Of a stretch of DNA of 64,000 bases, positions 36,067-45,558 are shown piece by piece. The stretch is taken from positions 1 through 64,000 of the forward strand of contig OZ251224.1 in the NCBI GenBank assembly GCA_965240325.2, in the 5' to 3' direction. A program made the position numbers and the translations under genes. The DNA is from Rebecca billardiae RCC1528 (lineage: Eukaryota > Protista > Haptophyta). Positions within the stretch are counted from its first letter, which is position 1; each line of letters opens with the position of its first letter. The notes beneath the pieces are model-generated. The model saw nothing but the letters and a program-made list of their open reading frames with translations, was not told the origin of the DNA and did no database searches.

Positions 36067-38470
36067 TAGACCCCTTCAGGGACGGTTACGGCAGCCATGC
36101 TGACCCAGACCAGCGCAGGTCGTCTCGGGGTACGCTGGTGGCGTCTCTGGATGCCCGGCGAGCACCTTGCTGCGGCGTCGACGTGCTAGCCGACGGGCGT
36201 TAAGGACTTGTTGAAGGACTTGGCGCCCGTCTCGGAGGTGATCGGCGTTGATGAGCTCGCTGGTAAGGTGTTCGCCGTCGACGCGAGCATCTGGATCCAC
36301 CAGCTCGCCGCTGTCCGTGCTGATGTGCTCGATGCGGGTGATTATCCAACGCGGCCTCTTCTTGTCGCGCGCGCGACGGCCCCATCGCATGGGACTGATT
36401 GCACAAGGTTGCCTGCGCGATAGTTTTGCGAGCGCGTCAGACTCGGCTGCTCGGAGCGATGCTGCGAATACGTGTGCGCGCCTGTCAACAGCGGGGCAAT
36501 CCTTCACCACGCGACCCTACTGGTTTCTGCGTGGGAACGATGGCGCAAGGGCAAGACCACACCCACCAGTGACATCTGTAGCCTAGCGATCAGCCAGCTG
36601 TTCGGCGCGTGCCACGTGGCTGGCGCTGCTGCACCGCGAGCGGCGCGCGGGCTGCGCTGTCACCGCACGGCAGCAGCTGTGGCTGCGACACACCGGTCGA
36701 GCCGCGACAGGGTGCCTGCTGGCCCATGGCTGCACATGCGCGGATTCGTGCACAGCCACGACACGGTATGGCAGGGCCGCTTGATCTGCTCGCGCGAGAG
36801 CCTTTGGGTGCCAGCTAGCGGGGGCGCCGCACACGCGCCCGCTCGCGCTGCGCAGCAGACGGGTGCAGTGTTGCGAGTGCCGAGGGCTGCGCACGCATCG
36901 CACGCGTTGCTGTGCGCTGCTCGCGGGTGCTCGTGGGTGCTCGCTCAGGCGCGTGGACCGTCGGGCCACCCAGCGGCCGACGCGCCTCGTCCGCTGCCGC
37001 GAGCAGCCCCGCGCTGGCGACTGGCGGTGCCCGTCTGCAGCAGGTTGGCGGTGCATCGGACGGCGCGCGCCCGGCGAGTGCCCTCAGCGGCATGCTGCTG
37101 GACGGTGCACGCCAGGGTTGGCCCCCACGCGAATATGAATCGCTCCTGGCAGGCTGGTAGCTTTTAGAGATGGACGACAAACTGCGCCGGGCGGGGCCGC
37201 GCTCGGCACCTCGGCCGAGAATCATGCAGCGTGTCGCCGCACTGCATGTCTCTCACATCCGCACTGGAGGCACAGTGCACGGCCGCCCGCGGAGCGCCGC
37301 AGACAGCCCTTAGAGCAGTGCGGCAGGTGTTTAACAAAACTGAGCAGAGAGCGCGGCAGCACGGCGCGCGCGCACGGCGCAAGCAGCACGCGTACTCGCC
37401 GGATGCACTTACCCCCACGTGCGCGTGCACGCCCGCAGTGCGGTCTCACTGAGTGACCTAATTCGCGCCGGAGTGTTAGGCTCCGCGTATACAATGAGCA
37501 CTACGTAGTTCGGCTGGCACAGGGCAGGCAGCTCCGCTCACGCCTGACGGGCGGTGATGCCGTGGCGCGGCGCGGCGTGGCTGAGATTTCGATCAATGAT
37601 AGGAGTAGGCAGCACGCTGATGCTGCGCCACCGCCGCAGCGGCGTGGAACCCCGCGGTATTACCCACACGAGTGTGCATATAAGCACTACATCACGGCCT
37701 GCACAGCAGCAGCGGTAGTGCACCACTCTAGCTGAAGCCGAGTGTGTCACACCGTCTGTCAAGACTGATGTGTGACGCGCACGACCCCTGAAGTGACGGC
37801 ACTGACAGTGACTGACGCACACACGACGATGAGTAGTAAAATATTCGAGCCGCGCTTTCGCGGATGCACTGATGATGCTGAGTTGGTGCCACTGAGATCA
37901 TGAAGCGCGAGGCTCCGTAGCATACCCGCACGAGTGCGCACGAGCTGGCCACGGCTCAGATTCGAGCTGTCCGTTCGGCCGCACGCTCGCAACGGCAATG
38001 GCAGCGCGTGCGGCGGTATAGTGGCCCCAGTGCATGCTACTCGACGGCGCGTGGCGCGAGAGCGTTGCAACGTACCCGGCGCCACGCACCAGCCGAACTG
38101 CCCCCGCCCCCGCACCCGGTCTCACATACCTCGCCCAACCTGACTCCAGTACGCGCCGTCACGGCCGAACCAAACGGCCGAGCAGCAACTACTGAATGCA
38201 GCTGGTCGTGGGTGCGCGTGGTGGTCGAGACGAGCACACTCGAGCGGGATCAGCGGGCCGGCGGCAGCGCCAACAGTCGCACAAGCATCGACCTGTCCCA
38301 CAGGGCAGGTCGCCCCCTCGTGGCTTCTGGCCTCGGCGAGCTCGGCCGCCGCGCATGCTCACCCTCATGGCCCCGAGACGCCCAGCGACCAGCGTACCCC
38401 GAGACGCTCCTCGAGACGGGCTGCGAACCGACATCAGCATGGCTGCCGTAACCGTCCCTGAAGGGGTCTA
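36067..38470. mobile_element. 2.4-kb TIR element with TAG...CTA termini
   Basis: TAGACCCCTTCAGGGACGGTTACGGCAGCCATGCTGA and its perfect reverse complement at 38434-38470, plus an inner inverted block. Confidence 0.88.
36193..36330 (+). pseudogene. XPG/FEN1/EXO1-family nuclease N-terminal relic
   Basis: (ACG)GVKDLLKDLAPVSEVIGVDELAGKVFAVDASIWIHQ resembles the MGV..L...AVDAS.W motif; no ATG and decayed downstream. Confidence 0.75.
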
Positions 38471-38538
38471 TTCATTCAGATGTCCGGCAGGCCCCTTATA
38501 ACGGGGGTGGACTCCATTTTTAACTTTGCGACGGCGCG

Positions 38539-38635
38539 AAAAGGGAAAGAGAGAGGGAGGAAGAGGGAGGAAGAAGGGGGAGAAGAGGGAGGGAAAAAGA
38601 GGGAGAAAGGAAAGAGAGAGGGAGGAATTGGAGGA
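38539..38635 (+). repeat. Polypurine (GA-rich) tract
   Basis: About 95 nt almost purely A and G. Confidence 0.9.
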
Positions 38636-40366
38636 TGTGAATATGCGGTTATCACTCTCACGCGGGCCGCACCGGCGGTCGGCGGAGGTGTCACTCACCG
38701 TCAGCCCACGCCACAACGGTACTTACCGCGCGCCTCACCGCAGTCACCGCTGCTTACCACTGCTACGCCAGGCACAGTCCCTGCGGCCTGCCTGATTAGT
38801 GATTGCGCGCGCGCCCACGCCCACGCGGCACACGGCCACGCACCCGGCCACACCTGCCACACGCACTGTCAGCAGTGTGAGTGGGGCGGTGCGCGCGGCC
38901 AGGCACACGCGCTGGCCACGGCCGCAACCTCGCGCGACGGCCACTGCTGTGGCGCCACTGCTGCGGCGCCGCACGCGGGTGCTGCTCCGCGCGCGCGGCT
39001 CTCTCCCCCTCCGCCGCGATGATACACACCGCGCGCAGCACGCGTCGCTGCGCCCGTGCGCCGTGGGCACACATAATCCAGGTTGAGCGTCGCCGAGGTG
39101 TTGGCGAGGAGCGCCGCCGCCAGCGCAGTCATCGGCTGTAACACTCGACCCACCGCCACCAGCCGCATCGCTTGGACTGGCACCGTCATGGCGACAGACG
39201 GCGTGAGGGGGCGATGCAGGCGGGTTGCTGTAAGCGACAGCGTCCCGGCCGCGCTCCGCTCACGCAGTGCCATCCGCTGCGCCATTAGCACAGCGACTCA
39301 CGCCGCACTGCCAGCATGCACTGCCCTGTCCTGAGACTTAGAACTTGCATTGGCTGCTGACATCGGCAGTGCCATCACTGTCACTGCCAAACTGTCGAGA
39401 GGTGCACATGAAGCAGCGGCTCCGGCCGTGACGCGCGGCCCTCTAATCTCTATCCGTACTTCTGAGTAAATTTGACTGAGTATGAACTATGATTCTATCA
39501 GTGAGTCTGGAGCGTGCTCACACTCGAGTCTCGATGCTGCCGGCGCTGCGGCGCAGTCGCCAGTCGGCGCCGTGCCATGTGGCACATGATGCCGATCAGC
39601 CGATCAGAAGCTGAAGCGTGATGACGACGATAACACGGCGCCGGCAAAGCAGGACTTGAGAGCACTGCAGCACTCTGCACTGCTACGTCGCGACGACAAT
39701 GAGATGGAGAACAACTACGCAGGTGAGCGCCAAATGGCAGCAGCAGCTGACGGTGCGCAGCAGCCGATTGCGTTTCGCCGTTATGCCCAGGCAGCATATC
39801 CCGGCGGGGCGTTGTGATGTTGAGATGATTGACCTCGTTGAAGCGCGCTCGGCCGCACCTCGACCACCGCACAACGATGCAGATTGGCGGCGTGAGCGTA
39901 GCAGTGGCCACAAGATCGCTCGCAGCTTCAGGCGACCCACACACGGCGAGCTCGATGCAAGACGTGAAATGTATGCGAGAGTGGCGAGCGCTCGCCTGAC
40001 TCGCGAAGACGCCAGACGATGGGGGTGTCGGAACACCCGAATCATCGTCACCCGCCCGTGCGAGAGCGCGCGCTGCGACCCGGCCGCGTGGCCACTGCGA
40101 GGAGCGGATGGAGGAGACGATCCTGCCATCGGAAAGGGTTGAGCAGAGCTCCCTGCTCACGATGCATCGCATCGCATCGGGATATCAAGCCGCTGGAACG
40201 CCCGCAGGCCGCGGAACCCGCACGAGCGTGGCTGACGAAAGACATGATGCGTTGACGCGTCGTGCCACAACCGGGCCGCGAGGGCCGGTGCGCTTCGCGA
40301 ACCGTCGCAACTTTCGTCCATATCTGGAGACTGGTGTTTGGTATGAGCGAGCGGCTTCTCTATTGA

Positions 40367-40443
40367 ACCCAGTGCCACCTCTATTCGAACCCAGTGCCAC
40401 CTCTAAGTGACCCAGTGCCACCCTTCTATGAACCCAGTGCCAC
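40367..40443 (+). repeat. Four ACCCAGTGCCAC motifs at 21-22 bp period
   Basis: Direct reading; the same motif recurs at 49653-49723. Confidence 0.9.
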
Positions 40444-40810
40444 TTCTTCTATGACGCACAACACACTTTTACCTGATGCTCCCCCCCCGACTCCTCTACC
40501 GTATTGGCAAATACGACAATGTCCGCGCGCGCGATCTCGATTCTTTGTATGTGGCGTGGGGATTACTTTCATACAAACCGGCCTCCTAGGACAACCTACA
40601 AGAATGTGTGGAGAAGTACTCGCTCGCATATGCCATTCGTACTTTCCTATGCCGTGCTGAACGCCTTGCCGTTTCGATAACCGACCAAAAGCGTCGTCGG
40701 TATGCCGCCGACGCCGTTCGAAGCGTGCATGTGGCCACGCCTCCGAGTTTTTGCAGACAACGAGACGTGTGGCCCTTGCCGCCCTGGCCGGCGCAACGGC
40801 GGTGGCCGCG

Positions 40811-41869
40811 ATGGCCGAAAAACCGCCGAAGCCGCCGAGCCCGGCCGCGGTTGTCCTCGAAGCTCTTTGCCGTACGTCGGCCTGCGTCCCAGAGTGGATG
40901 CACGGCCCACGAGAGGAGGTCGAGCGTGCAATTCCGTTTGCTCGTGGCGTGGTCCGGCGTGAATCCGCCGGGATGCCGACGGAGCCGCTCGCGACGCGCG
41001 GGCTGCACATGGCGGGCGTCGACCCCCTCGACGCGACGGAGATGCACATCGCCATGTTCACACGCGCGCTGCGCTGCACGCCCGCGCACATGCCCGACGC
41101 TCGTGCGTGCGTCTGGCGCGCGCTGCGCGAGGCGCAGGGCCGTCCCCGCCCGGTGCCCGCTAGGCGACAGCCGCGCGCGACGCGCGGGCTCGATTTGCCG
41201 GGTGTCGACGCCTCCGACGAGACGGGCACCCAGATTGCTGTGCTCGAGCGCGTCACACGCGCCGTGCCCGCGCACATGCATCACGTTCTCGCACGCGCGC
41301 AACGCGCGCTGGACGTGGCACGCCGGCGTGCCGTTGCTGAGCAGCAACACGCGCTCACGGACGCGCGCACACGCGATCGGGCGCTGGCGACGGAGGCGCG
41401 CCTGGCGAGGCGACGCGCGCGCGCGGCACAAGCGCAGCGCGCACGTGAGCGCGTGCGCGCACGCGCCCGCCAAAGCGGAGCTGGCCGGCATGTGTTCGCG
41501 CAAGGGCGCCAGCGCATCTTTGGTGGCGGCGGCCCGGAGCGCACGCGCAGGCGGCGAGGCCGCAGCAGGTCCAAATCTCGGAGCCGGCCGTCACGCGCCT
41601 TGCCCGACTCACGCGCTGGCGAGCGTCCGGCCGCACCGCGCCAAGCCAACCTCAACAAGGCTTCTATCATGCGCAAGGCGACCGCCGAGCAGCGCCGCGC
41701 GCTCGACGGCGTGAGCGCAGCAGTGGAGCTCGCAGAAGGTGGTGGGGCAGAGGGCGCACGACGCGAGGCGTGGGTCGCGAGCGTGCGCGCCGCGTGCACG
41801 GCGTTGCGCGTGCCCGACGCTCGCACGCTCGTCTCCAACGACGAACCAAGTGTGCACGTTAAAACATAG
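40811..41869 (+). CDS. Hypothetical protein with an internal duplicated module and Arg-rich tail
   Basis: PLATRGLHMAGVD...PAHM repeated as PRATRGLDLPGVD...PAHM. Confidence 0.5.
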   Translation: MAEKPPKPPSPAAVVLEALCRTSACVPEWMHGPREEVERAIPFARGVVRRESAGMPTEPLATRGLHMAGVDPLDATEMHIAMFTRALRCTPAHMPDARACVWRALREAQGRPRPVPARRQPRATRGLDLPGVDASDETGTQIAVLERVTRAVPAHMHHVLARAQRALDVARRRAVAEQQHALTDARTRDRALATEARLARRRARAAQAQRARERVRARARQSGAGRHVFAQGRQRIFGGGGPERTRRRRGRSRSKSRSRPSRALPDSRAGERPAAPRQANLNKASIMRKATAEQRRALDGVSAAVELAEGGGAEGARREAWVASVRAACTALRVPDARTLVSNDEPSVHVKT

Positions 41870-42205
41870 TCGTAGTAAACTGTATTCCAGTGGCTCGCTA
41901 GCCAGACCCAGCCAGACCAGCCAGGTAATTGGCGCTCTGCAGTGGCGGATGCCAGCTCCCGCTAGTGGCGTCGCCGACGCCACCGCCATCGTCGCCGTCG
42001 CCGTCGCCTACGCGAGCTCTGCTAGGTGGGCTACAGTTTTCATGAGTCCGGTTCCGTACAGTACAGTACTGTATACGTTCTATACTACTAGTAGAGGGTG
42101 AAGCCAGATACGGTTTGGGGCAACAATACAGCACAATCAAATGAGATGCACTACTTTACCTGTATGATGATAACGGCTCACGCAGAGCTATCTGCTACAC
42201 CTCTA

Positions 42206-42799
42206 CAGGTGGATACGGGCTAACTGGACACAGGGGCTATCTGGACACTCAGCGGGCGGCGGGCCTCGTGGCGAGGGCTCGTGGGCGAACGAGCACGAGC
42301 GCCCACTGGCGGGTCGCCACGACGGCGCACGATGTTCGCTGAACTCACCTGGTCGTGAGACGTCGTCTGCGCACGCGCCAGGTCGCGCTTCTCGCCGCCT
42401 TCGCCTTGTTTCGTGAGTCCCGCGCACAAGGGCGAACGCCAGCGTTTCAAGCCGCAAGGCGCGTGCGCGGACTCAGGAAGGGCGGACTCCGAGGCAAGGC
42501 GCGGTTGCGCTGGCGTGGGTAGGTCCCAGAGCAACCGTCCGAGCCGCTGCACACGCTTTTCCTCCGCGCGCGCGTCTCTGAGCTCGATTCCCATGCCTCA
42601 GCCAGTGCCAGGGGCTAATTGGACAGTGCCATTGCGGCCGCCACGCGCGGAGACGGGCCCGCAGCGCAGAAAGCGCGCTGCGGCGGAACTCCAGGGACCC
42701 CCTGAAGTCCGTCCCTGGCGCCCCTTCGACCCCAATGCTCCCAGGGAGGCCTCCGCGTGAGTTGGGTCGGCCACTGTCCAGATCACCCGTATCCACCTG
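42206..42799. mobile_element. TA-flanked MITE (Tc1/mariner-like termini)
   Basis: TA|CAGGTGGATACGGG..A.CTGGACA ... TGTCCAGATCACCCGTATCCACCTG|TA. Confidence 0.88.
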
Positions 42800-43160
42800 T
42801 ACGGTATGGCCAACCGGTTTTACAGTTTACTAAGAATATAATAAGAGACGCACACAGCTCAGGCAGGCGAGTACCAAGGGGCCCATACTATGTACAGTCG
42901 TGTTCTTCGTCCGTAAAGTGCCCACCGGCTGGGGCACCCTAGGCTAGGGGGTGCCTGATCACCCGGAGCCCGTTATAAAGGGGAATCTGCAGTATTACAT
43001 CACTACATCAGTACCGCCACATTATTGGGCTCCTGTGATTAAAGAATAGATCACTGTAGCAGACCTCCCTTGACTGTAATCTCGCCTGCCTGAGCTGTGT
43101 GCGTCTCTTATTCTTAGTAAACTGTAATCCTATTGGCTTAGAAACTCCCGTTCTGAGTAA

Positions 43161-45470
43161 GGGCCATTCTGGACCCGGCGGAAAAAAATCCGCCGAGGAA
43201 TCAGAGTAAGGTACCCGCCAAAAAGTCGTTTCGTTAGCTATGCCGGCAAAAAGTAACGAGCGTTTGGAAAAAATCTCAACTCGACCCCCAGATGAGATTT
43301 TTGCCGTATGTACTACTATGGAAATTGTAAGCTCTATCTGGCGACCTGTCCTTTGTGAAGCCGAAGTTGGGGGGTCGTCGGAACCCGCCCCGCGGTACTG
43401 GGCTGGCGCCGATCATGGTGTCCCGCCGCCGCACCCGCCCCGCTGCCCCGTGAGCTGGAGCGCGCGGGTGGGAACGGTGCGATCGCGGGTCCACCTTCCC
43501 CCACACCAAGCGATGTGCTGCGATTCGCTTTCCTCCGTGGTCACCAAGCGTGCGCACGCTCCTGCTCTTGCGCCTCCGCGCCAAATGCGCAGATGTGCGA
43601 CCGCACGCGACGGCGTACGCTGACGCTGCATCAGGGCTTGAAGTACGCACTGATACGGCATAATGCTCTGATTGCGCATACGCCGCGCTTTGCCCCCGCG
43701 CGCGTTACCGTCATCGTGACGTGCATGCGCATCCGGAGGCATCGAGGAGTGAATCGGCACGAGAGCATGATGTTCACCCTTTTCTTGCGGCGTCGCCAGA
43801 TGCCGTTCGCGGTGCCAGTGCGCGCGCCCACGTGCCCCGGCTTTTTGTTATCCACGCGCTACTCAGAAGCCTACGCCGCTTGGTGCTCCCCCTGCACGGG
43901 CATCAGCGTGCTGGCCTTCGTGCCACTCCCAAGGCCAGACGTGCGACTCAGATGGGGCGAATGCGCGACACGCCTTGTTTGTTACCTGTGATGGCATGTA
44001 CGTTGAGCACTCGACGTGCGGCTAGCGCGATTGGTGCTCATTAGGAGTCTTGCGGTGGAGAGCAGTCCAGAGCCTAAGTTGCCAGCGCTTACATCTACAC
44101 CACCCCTGATCGCGCGTGACAACTCTCAGCCTCAGGCTGTAAAATGTCATGCTGTGCACTCATGCCAGCTCATCTACTCAACGTCTCACGCCAAACGGCG
44201 TTTGGCCGCGACTGCGGCTCAGCGCTGGCGACTTTGCCCGGACGTGAGCAAACGTACATTCGCCCCCACAACCGCGCCAGCGCCATTCAAGATGCGCTGC
44301 TCGTGCCGACCCACGGTCTAAGTGCTCTAGTAGCTCACTGAGGACGTGCTCGCGCTTTTCATGCCGACACCAGTGTGCATTGAGCTAGGCGCTCTTGTCA
44401 CTCGCGCGCGCAAGAGCGAAGTGAGTACGTACAAGGCCTGGCCAGAGACAAGGGCGGTAAGGGCTGTCAACTCCGAGTGGCGCCGAGTGGCGGAGGTTGG
44501 GCGCCCCTCAACTCGTGCGGCCTCGCGGCGCAGCGGCTAAGTCTCCTGGGGCGCCGCCCTGGAGGGCGCGTGGGGTGCGCACGCCGCGGGCTCCTGCGGC
44601 CGCGGCAGCGGCCGCGGACACGGCGCGCGTGGTTGGTCGTATCATCTGGCGCAAGGCGGCATGACGCGCGCCCATCATACGTGAGCCTCGCCCCGGGCGC
44701 GCGCCCGACCCGCGCCGACCGCGCCGCGCACCGCGCGCGCGACGGCGGCTGGCGCGTGGCCACGGCTGGCTCTTGGTGCGGCGCGCGTGCGCGGCTGGCC
44801 TGAGGCGCGGCGAGGGCGCCGGCAAGCGCGGCGCGCGGCGTGAGAGGGTACTACGTGCTGTCTAGCAGGCGACCAACCACGCGCGCCGTGTCCGCGGCCG
44901 CTGCCGCGGCCGCAGGAGCACGCGGCGTGCGCTTCCCCACGCGCCCTCCAGGGCGGCGCCCCAGGAGACTTAGCCGCTGGGCCGCGAGGCCGCACGAGTT
45001 GAGGGGCCCAGAACCTCCGCCACTCGGCGCCACTGGGAGTTGACAGCCCTTACCGCCCTTGCCAGAGATCAGGTGTGGGAGCGCTGCACGCTGCTGCAAA
45101 GCCGTGCCTGGTGCCACATCTGCAAGTTGGCTGCCGTCCTCGCCGTGCTCGAGCACTTCGCCCAGCGCTAGCGCCCAGCGCGCAAGCACGCCCTTGACCC
45201 GCTCACACGCGCATGGCTCGCGCCGTGCGCCTCGCCGCTGCCCATCGCGACAGGTGTCTCCGGGCGGTGCGTGGGCGGCGCTTGCAGCACGGGCGATGGC
45301 TGATGGCGTTCTGCGACGAGCCCCGTTGCGACATCGGTCCGCGTCCTATGAGCTCGCGTTCGATCTCGCGACCTGTAAGTCGTTTCGTACGCGAACCGTC
45401 GGCAAGAAAAAACGGGCTTTTACCCCGAATACCCTCGGCGGAAATTTTTCCGCCGGGTCCAGAATGGCCC
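43161..45470. mobile_element. Non-autonomous PIF/Harbinger-like element
   Basis: TAA|GGGCCATTCTGGACCCGGCGGAAAAA ... TTTTTCCGCCGGGTCCAGAATGGCCC|TAA. Confidence 0.92.
44449..45061. mobile_element. Foldback MITE with 7-bp TSD nested in the Harbinger-like element
   Basis: CCAGAGA|CAAGGGCGGTAAGGGCTGTCAACTCC ... GGAGTTGACAGCCCTTACCGCCCTTG|CCAGAGA; arms about 190 bp. Confidence 0.92.
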
Positions 45471-45558
45471 TAAGTTCGTCGATCCGATAGGTTCATCACC
45501 AAAGAGCATCACTTGACGCGTCCCTTCTCGCTTCGTCGGCAAAGAAAAAGCCTCCATC

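Noticed and set aside
40367-40443. CRISPR-like array
   Set aside because: 12-bp repeat, 9-10 bp related spacers, no cas genes and a eukaryotic context
38491-42983. CCCCTTATAACGGG and CCCGTTATAAAGGGG as TIRs of a 4.5-kb element
   Set aside because: Only about 14 bp of imperfect match and no TSD
42823-43124. 302-bp MITE bounded by two 46-bp copies
   Set aside because: Possible, but other copies are unpaired and the right copy has TA on both sides; treated as two micro-elements
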